36,963 nucleotides of DNA from a virus. Lineage: Duplodnaviria; Heunggongvirae; Uroviricota; Caudoviricetes. The stretch lies in IMG/VR virus record IMGVR_UViG_2563366920_000001; one strand, given 5' to 3'. Positions 1 to 7,339 of the stretch are shown here, in pieces. The notes beneath the pieces are model-generated. The model was not told where the DNA came from, ran no database searches, and saw nothing but the letters and a program-made list of their open reading frames with translations. A program made the translations under genes and the position numbers. The first letter of the stretch is position 1, and each line of letters opens with the position of its first letter.

Positions 1-1254
1 ATGCTGGAACAAATGGGCATTGCCGCGAAGCAAGCCTCGTATAAATTAGCGCAACTCTCCAGCCGCGAAAAAAATCGTGTGCTGGAAAAAATCGCCGATG
101 AACTGGAAGCACAAAGCGAAAGCATCCTCAACGCTAACGCACAGGATGTTGCAGACGCGCGTGCCAATGGCCTTAGCGAAGCGATGCTTGACCGTCTGGC
201 ACTGACGCCCGCACGGCTGAAAGGCATTGCCGACGATGTGCGCCAGGTGTGCAATCTCGCCGATCCGGTGGGGCAGGTAATCGATGGCGGCGTACTGGAC
301 AGCGGCCTGCGTCTTGAGCGTCGTCGCGTACCGCTGGGGGTGATTGGTGTGATTTATGAAGCGCGCCCGAACGTGACGGTTGATGTTGCTTCCCTGTGCC
401 TGAAAACCGGTAACGCGGTGATCCTGCGCGGCGGCAAAGAAACCTGTCGCACTAACGCTGCAACGGTAGCGGTGATTCAGGACGCCCTGAAATCCTGCGG
501 CTTACCGGCGGGTGCCGTGCAGGCAATTGATAATCCTGACCGTGCGCTGGTCAGTGAAATGCTGCGTATGGATAAATACATCGACATGCTGATCCCGCGC
601 GGTGGGGCTGGTTTGCATAAACTGTGCCGCGAGCAGTCGACAATCCCGGTGATCACAGGCGGTATAGGCGTATGCCATATTTACGTTGATGAAAGCGCAG
701 AGATCGCTGAAGCCCTGAAAGTAATTGTCAACGCGAAAACTCAGCGTCCGAGCACGTGTAATACGGTAGAAACGTTGCTGGTGAATAAAAACATCGCTGA
801 TAGCTTCCTGCCCACATTAAGCAAACAAATGGCGGAAAGCGGCGTGACGTTACACGCTGATGCAGCCGCGCTGGCGCAGTTGCAGGCAGGCCCCGCGAAG
901 GTGGTGGCTGTTAAAGCCGAAGAGTATGACGATGAGTTTCTGTCATTAGATTTGAACGTCAAAATCGTTAGCGATCTGGATGACGCCATTGCCCATATTC
1001 GTGAACACGGCACGCAACACTCCGATGCGATCCTGACCCGCGATATGCGCAACGCCCAGCGTTTTGTTAACGAAGTGGATTCCTCCGCTGTTTACGTTAA
1101 CGCCTCTACGCGTTTTACCGACGGCGGCCAGTTTGGACTGGGGGCGGAAGTGGCGGTAAGCACACAAAAACTCCACGCGCGCGGCCCAATGGGGCTGGAA
1201 GCACTGACCACTTACAAGTGGATCGGCATTGGTGATTACACCATTCGTGCGTAA
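1..1254 (+). CDS. proA: Gamma-glutamyl phosphate reductase, complete (417 aa)
   Basis: ATG at 1, stop at 1252-1254. Translation matches E. coli ProA over its full length as I recall it. Host core gene. Confidence 0.95.
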   Translation: MLEQMGIAAKQASYKLAQLSSREKNRVLEKIADELEAQSESILNANAQDVADARANGLSEAMLDRLALTPARLKGIADDVRQVCNLADPVGQVIDGGVLDSGLRLERRRVPLGVIGVIYEARPNVTVDVASLCLKTGNAVILRGGKETCRTNAATVAVIQDALKSCGLPAGAVQAIDNPDRALVSEMLRMDKYIDMLIPRGGAGLHKLCREQSTIPVITGGIGVCHIYVDESAEIAEALKVIVNAKTQRPSTCNTVETLLVNKNIADSFLPTLSKQMAESGVTLHADAAALAQLQAGPAKVVAVKAEEYDDEFLSLDLNVKIVSDLDDAIAHIREHGTQHSDAILTRDMRNAQRFVNEVDSSAVYVNASTRFTDGGQFGLGAEVAVSTQKLHARGPMGLEALTTYKWIGIGDYTIRA

Positions 1255-1368
1255 ATAAAACCGGGTGATGCAAAAGTAGCCATTTGATTCACAAGGCCAT
1301 TGACGCATCGCCCGGTTAGTTTTAACCTTGTCCACCGTGATTCACGTTCGTGAACATGTCCTTTCAGG

Positions 1369-1444
1369 GCCGATATAGCTCAGTTGGTAGAGCAGCGCAT
1401 TCGTAATGCGAAGGTCGTAGGTTCGACTCCTATTATCGGCACCA
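1369..1444 (+). tRNA. thrW: tRNA-Thr (anticodon CGU)
   Basis: 76-nt cloverleaf GCCGATATAGCTCAGTTGGTAGAGC...GGTTCGACTCC...TATCGGCACCA with anticodon loop TTCGTAA and encoded CCA end. Lies downstream of proA as in E. coli. Confidence 0.9.
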
Positions 1445-1458
1445 TTTAAATCAATAAG
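1400..1458. other. Prophage left junction (attL), overlapping the 3' part of thrW; exact core not resolvable from one junction
   Basis: The integrase stop codon lies 14 bp beyond the tRNA 3' end. P22-type integrases use the 3' segment of thrW as core (established knowledge). Confidence 0.35.
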
Positions 1459-2622
1459 TTACACATCATTAGTACCTTCCTTATTTTTTGACTGGGACAA
1501 ATTTGGGACCGATGGGTTCAGGATCGAGTCTATTTGCCGTGCGTGTTCGGTAAGGTGATTAGGTGCAAGGTGAGCATATCGACGAACCATTTCGATAGAC
1601 TCCCAGCCTCCCATTTCCTGTAACACTGACAACGGGACTCCGGCTTGAACCAGCCAACTTGCCCAGGTGTGTCTCAAGTCGTGAAATCTGAAATCATCAA
1701 TACCAGCCCGTCTCAGCGCCGCTTTCCAGGCTGTGTTTGCGTCATACCGCATCTTCCTTACTGTTGGCGCTTTCGTTCCGTCTGGTTTGGTACAGCTTTC
1801 CTTGTACACAAATACCCAACGGTGATGATTCCCGATTTGTTTTTTCAATACGCGACATGCAGTATCATTCAGCGCAACGCCAATTGCGCGGTTTGATTTA
1901 CTCTCTTCCGGGTTTATCCATGCCACCCGGCGCTGCATATCTATTTGTTGCCATTCAAGGTTGATGATGTTCGAGCGTCTTAAGCCTGTTGCCAGTGCAA
2001 ATTCAACAACAGACTTTAATGGCTCCGGACATTCATCAATCAGCCTTTGTGCTTCATGGGGCTCCAGCCAGCGGATCCGTTTATTCTTTGGTTGAGGCAC
2101 TTTAATAATTGGTGCCTTATCCAGCATTTTCCATTCACGCTCTGCGGCTCTTAGTAGGGCCTTTATAAATGAAAGATGCGTAGCCTTCGTTGCAACGGAC
2201 GCTGGTTTTGGCGTGTATTCTGGAACAGGTTTCCCTTTTTTTCTGCATGCTTCTGCCCTGAGTTTCCAGTTTTCCTCATGACGCCGGTTCGTCATTTTCT
2301 GCATTGCTGAATAAATTTTTGATTCAGTAATGTCTCTTAGTTGCATTCCTGCGAAATGTTGAAGCCAGAATCCGATCCGGCTTTTGTCATCGTCCAGTGA
2401 TTTTTTATGTGCTTTCTCTTCAAGCCACCTGACACACGCTTCCTCGAACGTTATATCAGGTATTTCACCAAGTTTGCTGACCCGCCATGCTTCAGCCTTT
2501 AGCTTGTCATGGAGTTCTGTCGCCTGCCTTTTGTCCTTTGTTCCAAGAGACTGTTTAAATCTTTTACCGTTCGGCAATGTGAAACTGGCGTACCATATTT
2601 CACCTCTGCGGAAGAGTGACAT
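1459..2622 (-). CDS. int: Tyrosine integrase, P22-type (387 aa)
   Basis: ATG at 2622-2620 with GAGGAAAG Shine-Dalgarno. N-terminus [46 protein letters not shown] and C-terminal [39 protein letters not shown] match the P22 Int family catalytic region. Confidence 0.9.
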   Translation of the reverse strand: MSLFRRGEIWYASFTLPNGKRFKQSLGTKDKRQATELHDKLKAEAWRVSKLGEIPDITFEEACVRWLEEKAHKKSLDDDKSRIGFWLQHFAGMQLRDITESKIYSAMQKMTNRRHEENWKLRAEACRKKGKPVPEYTPKPASVATKATHLSFIKALLRAAEREWKMLDKAPIIKVPQPKNKRIRWLEPHEAQRLIDECPEPLKSVVEFALATGLRRSNIINLEWQQIDMQRRVAWINPEESKSNRAIGVALNDTACRVLKKQIGNHHRWVFVYKESCTKPDGTKAPTVRKMRYDANTAWKAALRRAGIDDFRFHDLRHTWASWLVQAGVPLSVLQEMGGWESIEMVRRYAHLAPNHLTEHARQIDSILNPSVPNLSQSKNKEGTNDV

Positions 2623-2849
2623 TTTCTTTCCTCTGTTATGCCATCACCCGCGCTCACCTGGACAGTATGCAGCGGAGACTGAAGAGCCGCAATGCAGGCT
2701 TGTCGTGTTGTGAGGTAAGGAGATTTATTCTTAGTGGGATCTTTGCGTGTTGCCTGAAGACGCCCTGTGCGTATCCAGTTAATGGCAGTCGGTCTGGATA
2801 TCTTGAGAAAATGACAGGCCTCATCGAGTGTGAGGCTGTATGGCTCCAT
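2499..2849 (-). CDS. xis: Excisionase (Xis, about 116 aa)
   Basis: Start taken at the internal ATG ([32 protein letters not shown]), which overlaps the upstream gene stop as TAATG. HTH-like N-terminus; C-terminus overlaps int 5' end in another frame as in P22-like xis-int. Confidence 0.65.
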   Translation of the reverse strand: MEPYSLTLDEACHFLKISRPTAINWIRTGRLQATRKDPTKNKSPYLTTRQACIAALQSPLHTVQVSAGDGITEERKCHSSAEVKYGTPVSHCRTVKDLNSLLEQRTKGRRQNSMTS

Positions 2850-3154
2850 TATTTCACCTCTTGCTGTGACATTGTTGAGAAATGGATACCAGCTCGTTGC
2901 TGCCAGACGATCCAACCGAGAGTCATATCCCATGCCATGTATTCGTTATCGCCGTTTTTTGCTCTCCGACGATCTACTAAGTCACCAAAACGCTTTTCCA
3001 TGAATAATTCATAAGCTTCGCGTTCATCTGGTTCTACTTCCAGAGATAGGAGTGCGATTTCATAAGCACGGCGCTCAATATCGTCTCGCACGTCAAGGCT
3101 GCTGATACGCTCTTTAATTTCTTTAATCAGTTCTTTGTCGGTAAAAGTGGTCAT
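2849..3154 (-). CDS. Hypothetical early-left protein (101 aa), possibly YfdT-like
   Basis: ATG at 3154-3152, overlapping the upstream stop as TAATG. Acidic, protein-like composition. Same position and size as yfdT in K-12 CPS-53 (recollection, not verified). Confidence 0.55.
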   Translation of the reverse strand: MTTFTDKELIKEIKERISSLDVRDDIERRAYEIALLSLEVEPDEREAYELFMEKRFGDLVDRRRAKNGDNEYMAWDMTLGWIVWQQRAGIHFSTMSQQEVK

Positions 3155-3516
3155 TATGCTCCAGCCTCCGGTGCTTTTGGCATTACTGCCCAGTGAGTGA
3201 TATTGACGTTTTCAAGGTCCCCGATCTGAAATGTCCACTGCCATTCTCCGGTTTCTTTTTGTCCCCAGGTGTACCAGAGAGAACGCCAGCCAATTAGCCA
3301 GCCTTCTCCGTTAGCATCGAATAACAAAACACTTTCATTTGCTGGTGGCAGTTCAGTTGACACTGGTATTACTTTGTTTTCCTGTGCTGCACATTTAGCT
3401 TCAAGCGCATCGAATTTACGCACCAGGTATTCAGCATCCGTTTCATTCACTTTCAGATCTCGCGGTACACATCTCCCACGAAGAAACCCTTCCATTTCGA
3501 AAACATTCATGCGCAT
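3154..3516 (-). CDS. Hypothetical early-left protein (120 aa), possibly YfdS-like
   Basis: ATG at 3516-3514 with GGAG 8 nt upstream. Trp-rich C-terminal half. Translationally coupled to the downstream gene. Confidence 0.55.
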   Translation of the reverse strand: MRMNVFEMEGFLRGRCVPRDLKVNETDAEYLVRKFDALEAKCAAQENKVIPVSTELPPANESVLLFDANGEGWLIGWRSLWYTWGQKETGEWQWTFQIGDLENVNITHWAVMPKAPEAGA

Positions 3517-4043
3517 TTGCGTAACTCCGATAATTCGTTAAAGCGTTCCATAAACATCCCGTAGGCATGGCCTGGAGCCAGTGGAATCACGTTGAACATC
3601 TCTGTTGCCGGGATACCTTCCAGCACAGGCCAGAAAGAGCCATCATCAAGCCCGAGATCGCGGCGTTCGGTTGCCAGCATAATGAGATCGGCATATTTCA
3701 CTGGCGTGCTCATAACAGGAGGTAACCCGTATTTCTCACGGATTACGGCGTCTATTTTTTCTTCCATCCGTTTATAGTCAGGAAGAAGTCGTTTCAGTTG
3801 TGCGGGGATGTCCTGGCAATATGCTTCTGTTGCATCATGCATTAAAGCTTCAAAAGCAAATTCCTGCGGCACCAGCTGGCTGCAAAGCACCGCATGTTGG
3901 GCGACACTGTAGAAGTGTGAAAGATGTCCTGCAAAGCGACAGATATTTGAAAGGGAAACCGCGATATCGTTAATAACGATGTCGTCTTTATTTATCCTGT
4001 CATAATAAAAATGCTTCCCGGAAAAAGTTTTAATAAATGACAT
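3507..4043 (-). CDS. HD-domain phosphohydrolase-like protein (YfdR-like, 178 aa)
   Basis: ATG at 4043-4041 preceded by GGAGAA. Sequence MSFIKTFSGKHFYYD...NICRFAGHLSHFYSVAQHAVL...LMHDATEAY has HD-motif character and resembles YfdR of prophage CPS-53 as I recall it. Confidence 0.7.
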   Translation of the reverse strand: MSFIKTFSGKHFYYDRINKDDIVINDIAVSLSNICRFAGHLSHFYSVAQHAVLCSQLVPQEFAFEALMHDATEAYCQDIPAQLKRLLPDYKRMEEKIDAVIREKYGLPPVMSTPVKYADLIMLATERRDLGLDDGSFWPVLEGIPATEMFNVIPLAPGHAYGMFMERFNELSELRKCA

Positions 4044-4139
4044 TTTGTTCTCCACGTATATGCGCTGCACCGCGCTGAATTCGGGTAAAAGGAAGCCCTC
4101 ACCGTCCGGCGGTTATTGAGTCAATTACATTTCCATAAA

Positions 4140-4520
4140 TGCCCCCGTAGGGGCGGTTAGTTTCTCCACAAAACAGAGAAGAACACCTGCGGTGGCAGCC
4201 GCCCGGATGGATTGGGTTATGAGCCCGTCGTCCGGTGATGCTCTTCTCTGTTTTGTAAAAAGGACGGTACCAGCCGGAAGCAAGGGTACAAACTGGTACC
4301 GCCAGGACTACACACAGCATAAAGTTGTGGTGCCGGGTGCCTCCCGGTGCCTGGCGAAGGTTGCACACCAGGCGGGTGGGTATCCACAGAAGGTCGACTG
4401 TCAGCCTCAACCTTAACCCGCGTGCGCTGAGCCGCATTCACCACAACGCTAAGGATTCTCTCTGGTTGAAAATACTTAGCTGTTATGTGCCTGCTTTTAG
4501 CCACATCAGGCGAGGTGGAC
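4140..4520. other. GC-rich, highly self-complementary non-coding island (candidate structured RNA or cis element)
   Basis: No protein-like ORF on either strand; the listed ORFs here are Arg/Cys/His/Pro-rich junk. Perfect 15-bp inverted repeat 4168-4182 / 4242-4256 around a GC-rich 59-nt core, plus GGTACC-containing hairpins at 4264-4303. GC content is clearly higher than the AT-rich flanks. Confidence 0.3.
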
Positions 4521-4587
4521 CTAGTTATTCCCCAACAACAAGGATTCGGTTAATCTGGTTATCCCCAACAACGCAAAAGGAAAAGAA

Positions 4588-5022
4588 ATGTCCGGTAATA
4601 TCTATACGCTGTACAAATCCCACTGTGAAAATGTTGGAAAGTATCGGGGCATTGAAATCAGTGGGGTAGTGTCATCAGTCGAAATAAGCAAAGTTGAATC
4701 AAGGGCAACATTACTTACTCTTTTGGACCTTGTCTTACATGAGCACCGGAAGAAATTCGGCACTCCCTATAATCAGTTGAATGGGAAAAAGGCTCTGGTT
4801 CACCTTATTCTGATGAAGCATCACTGGATGCCAAAACAGATTAATGAGATGAAATTTGATGAACTTCTTCTTTCAATTCAGGATGAACTCACACTTGATA
4901 AAATAAGCGTAACCGCCCAGAAATTTTTAGATTATCGAGACTGGAGATCACAAATTCATCACTTTGATGATTTTGACGAAAATGAATGGGATCCTAATTT
5001 GTCTGCACAATATCTAAAGTAA
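4588..5022 (+). CDS. Hypothetical protein (144 aa), AT-rich accessory gene convergent with the PL operon
   Basis: ATG at 4588 with AAGGAA Shine-Dalgarno. Plausible soluble-protein composition, low GC. Its 3' end overlaps the 3' end of the opposite-strand small gene by 29 bp. Confidence 0.5.
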   Translation: MSGNIYTLYKSHCENVGKYRGIEISGVVSSVEISKVESRATLLTLLDLVLHEHRKKFGTPYNQLNGKKALVHLILMKHHWMPKQINEMKFDELLLSIQDELTLDKISVTAQKFLDYRDWRSQIHHFDDFDENEWDPNLSAQYLK

Positions 5023-5200
5023 CATCCTGTGATAAAACCGTGATTTCCTGATCCAGTTTTTTTAAGGAGTCTATTGTTTCCTGTCGATAAGACAGCACTT
5101 CACGAAGCTGGTTTATAGCTGCCAGCTTCTTTGTCATCCACTCATAAATTTCCTCATCTGTGTAGCCAGGCGCGACGATTTTGGGTTCTGTTTTGTGCAT
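4994..5200 (-). CDS. Small acidic PL-proximal protein (68 aa)
   Basis: ATG at 5200-5198 with GGAG upstream (the ORF track begins at a TTG five codons earlier). First ORF downstream of the predicted PL. Coiled-coil-like C-terminus; no arginine-rich motif, so not an obvious N-type antiterminator. Confidence 0.45.
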   Translation of the reverse strand: MHKTEPKIVAPGYTDEEIYEWMTKKLAAINQLREVLSYRQETIDSLKKLDQEITVLSQDVTLDIVQTN

Positions 5201-5364
5201 TTCACATCTCCTCAAGTTATCAGTTACTTGTTGATGGGGACCAGATTGTTAAAGAGCTAAGCGTCCTGTAGGGCGCTTTTTTGTTGCTAACGAATCATCC
5301 TGGACTTCATATGCCCCAGGCGGCTACTTCGTGGGCGTCCTGCCTGTTCGTTGTTTCGCTTGGG

Positions 5365-5397
5365 TACATTATGTATCTCAAAGGTACATTGTCAAGT
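5365..5397 (-). promoter_or_regulatory. Leftward early promoter PL with overlapping operator-like palindrome
   Basis: On the minus strand: -35 TTGACA (5395-5390), 17-18 bp spacer, -10 CATAAT/ATAATG (5372-5367). TGTAT-N7-GTACA inverted repeat at 5372-5388 resembles the OR palindromes. Confidence 0.45.
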
Positions 5398-5399
5398 AT

Positions 5400-5420
5400 A
5401 AAAAAACCTGCCGAAGCAGG
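5400..5420 (-). terminator. Rho-independent terminator after cI
   Basis: Minus-strand hairpin CCTGC-TTCG-GCAGG (5407-5420) followed by a run of T residues, 14 nt after the cI stop. Confidence 0.55.
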
Positions 5421-5434
5421 TTCATAAACATTGA

Positions 5435-6109
5435 TTAGGCTTTGATTTTGTATCTTCTTGGTTTTCCTGAGAAAATCACTGTACCAATTATAGAGCAATT
5501 ACCGTTGATCTTAATGTAAGGCTCAGGCCAGTTTGGGTTTAACGCTTTGAGATAACGCTGTGTCCCATCTTCTATCAACCTTTTGAAGGTGGTTTCGCCT
5601 GTATCGTGCATCAATGCAATAACGTCGTCACCGTGGCAGGCAGGTACTTCAGGATCGACAAAAATCATGTCTCCCGGGCGGTACTCATCAATCATTGAAT
5701 CACCTATCACCCGCAAGATATAAGTCATTTCCCCACAGGGTACAGGGCAGGGATACGTTTCTGCTGTGCTCAAATCAACCTCAGAATATCCAACTTCTTT
5801 CCATGCTCCGGCCTGTACCCATGATATGACAGGGACTAATGTGATTTGTTTATTAGTGATTGAAACATCAGGTTTTTTTGTGATGTTCGTTGTCTGGTGT
5901 TCTTGATCGAGCCATCCGACAGGCAGGTCGAAACATTTTTCGATGTGTCGTGCCATGCTGTCACCGATATTTTTAGTAGCACCATCTCCCATAAACCTGC
6001 TGGTCTGGGTTGGCTCGCGATCAATCATAGTGGCAAAGGAAGAATTCCCGCCAACACCATCTCTCAGTTTTCTGGCGTTAGACCGCCGGATGTCATGGAT
6101 TGTTTTCAT
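5435..6109 (-). CDS. cI: CI-type repressor (HTH plus S24 LexA-like peptidase domain, 224 aa)
   Basis: N-terminal HTH region and C-terminal autocleavage-domain character (ILRVIGDSMIDEYRPGDMIFVDPEV...GETTFKRL). ATG at 6109 sits 6 nt after the PRM -10, so the mRNA is leaderless as in lambda cI. Confidence 0.85.
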   Translation of the reverse strand: MKTIHDIRRSNARKLRDGVGGNSSFATMIDREPTQTSRFMGDGATKNIGDSMARHIEKCFDLPVGWLDQEHQTTNITKKPDVSITNKQITLVPVISWVQAGAWKEVGYSEVDLSTAETYPCPVPCGEMTYILRVIGDSMIDEYRPGDMIFVDPEVPACHGDDVIALMHDTGETTFKRLIEDGTQRYLKALNPNWPEPYIKINGNCSIIGTVIFSGKPRRYKIKA

Positions 6110-6199
6110 AACGAAATTAAAACCCTTGTACCGTTAAGGTACAAGTATCTTGAAGGTTCATTTCAATCATGTAATATGTACACCGGAGGTACATATTGT
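6110..6199. promoter_or_regulatory. Immunity switch region: PRM, PR and operator palindromes
   Basis: PRM on minus strand: -35 TTGTAC (6144-6139), 17 bp, -10 TTTAAT (6121-6116). PR on plus strand: -35 TTGAAG (6150-6155), 16 bp, -10 TAATAT (6172-6177). Palindromes TTGTACC-GTTAA-GGTACAA (6126-6144) and ATATGTAC-N7-GTACATAT (6174-6196). Confidence 0.5.
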
Positions 6200-6400
6200 A
6201 TGAAAGCGTATTGGGACTCTTTAACCAAAGAACAGCAGGGCGAGTTGGCCGGAAAAGTTGGCTCAACACCTGGCTACTTACGGCTGGTTTTCAATGGCTA
6301 TAAAAAAGCCAGTTTTGTGCTGGCTAAAAAACTTGAGCAATGCACGTCAGGTGCAATTACGAAATCTGACTTAAGACCGGATATCTATCCGAAAGATTAG
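6200..6400 (+). CDS. cro: Cro-like HTH repressor (66 aa)
   Basis: ATG at 6200 with GGAGG 11 nt upstream. HTH stretch QQGELAGKVGSTPGYLRLVFNG. Divergent from cI. The longer ORF-track entry starting at 5897 is a read-through artefact. Confidence 0.7.
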   Translation: MKAYWDSLTKEQQGELAGKVGSTPGYLRLVFNGYKKASFVLAKKLEQCTSGAITKSDLRPDIYPKD

Positions 6401-6431
6401 CAGAACACTTTCAATTTTTAACCACAGAACG

Positions 6432-6995
6432 ATGAGGCTAACCGTGGGTAAGCATCACTGGAAAATAGAAAAACAGCCTGAGTGGTACGTGAAAGCTGTC
6501 AGAAAAACTATCGCGGCGTTGCCGGGTGGTTACGCTGAAGCGGCTGACTGGCTCGATGTAACAGAAAACGCTTTATTCAACCGCCTTCGTGCAGATGGCG
6601 ATCAGATTTTCCCGCTGGGATGGGCAATGGTTTTACAGCGTGCTGGTGGCACTCACTTCATTGCTGATGCTGTGGCGCAGTCTGCAAATGGCGTCTTTGT
6701 GTCTCTTCCTGACGTCGAGGATGTGGACAACGCCGATATCAACCAACGCCTGCTGGAAGTCATTGAACAGATCGGCAGTTATTCAAAACAGATTCGTTCA
6801 GCAATTGAAGACGGTGTAGTGGAACCGCATGAGAAGACAGCAATTAACGATGAGCTGTACCTCTCAATTTCGAAGCTGCAGGAGCATGCAGCACTGGTCT
6901 ACAAAATCTTTTGCGTTTCAGAAAGTAGTGACGCCCGCGAGTGTGCAGCTCCGGGCGCCGTGGCGTGTCGTGACTGTGGAGAAACTAACGCATGA
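6432..6995 (+). CDS. Regulatory protein in the cII position (YdaT/CII-like family suspected, 187 aa)
   Basis: ATG at 6432. C-terminal CxxC pair. Position immediately after cro. Family assignment is from memory of prophage YdaT-like proteins and is uncertain. Confidence 0.45.
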   Translation: MRLTVGKHHWKIEKQPEWYVKAVRKTIAALPGGYAEAADWLDVTENALFNRLRADGDQIFPLGWAMVLQRAGGTHFIADAVAQSANGVFVSLPDVEDVDNADINQRLLEVIEQIGSYSKQIRSAIEDGVVEPHEKTAINDELYLSISKLQEHAALVYKIFCVSESSDARECAAPGAVACRDCGETNA

Positions 6996-7330
6996 ACAGT
7001 TTAACAACACACTACCGTCGCTCGCAACTGATTGCGCTTCCTGTACCGGGTGGAAAAGCGAAGGTGGAGTATTGCTATGCAGTAAATGTACTAGGTGACA
7101 GGGAAATTGTAACCCACAGCTTTGCAGAGTGGGCTGTGGGTGATTTCAACCGGCAGAAGGAGACAGTCCTTTGCGACAAGTTAACCGCTGGTTCAAAGAT
7201 CACTACGGAGTGCCCGTCAGAGTCATTCGTTGGGAGCCGGAAACACAACGGGTTATCTACCTCCGTGAAGGCTATGAGCATGAGTGCTTCAGCCCGCTCG
7301 AACAGTTTCGTTGTAAATTCAGGGAAATAG
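6992..7330 (+). CDS. Hypothetical protein; 3' half of this frame looks non-coding (possible frameshifted or two-ORF locus)
   Basis: ATG at 6992 overlaps the upstream stop. First ~55 codons look protein-like, the rest is Ser/Ala-rich. An alternative frame, 7171-7350, is protein-like and has AGGAG then TTG. Confidence 0.3.
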   Translation: MNSLTTHYRRSQLIALPVPGGKAKVEYCYAVNVLGDREIVTHSFAEWAVGDFNRQKETVLCDKLTAGSKITTECPSESFVGSRKHNGLSTSVKAMSMSASARSNSFVVNSGK

Positions 7331-7339
7331 AGGTCGGTC

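Noticed and set aside
741-1335. Two minus-strand ORFs (103 and 129 aa) inside proA
   Set aside because: Antisense to a well-supported core gene, with low-complexity Ser/Ala/Cys-rich translations. Typical shadow ORFs.
4099-4504. ORFs of 74-114 aa on both strands across the GC-rich island
   Set aside because: Translations are Arg/Cys/His/Pro-rich with no plausible start context. The region is better explained as non-coding structured sequence.
4140-4520. Retron (msr/msd) interpretation of the structured island
   Set aside because: No reverse transcriptase gene is adjacent or anywhere in the window, so a retron is not supported.
4525-4590. Type III toxin-antitoxin RNA repeat array upstream of the 144-aa gene
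   Set aside because: Only two imperfect copies of a short motif, no terminator between repeats and the gene, and no ToxN-like features I can recognise. Kept only as a note within the island finding.
5897-6199. Long plus-strand ORF (167 aa) extending upstream of cro across the operator region and into cI antisense
   Set aside because: Its upstream part is antisense to cI and spans the promoters. The real gene is the 66-aa Cro from ATG 6200 with its own Shine-Dalgarno.
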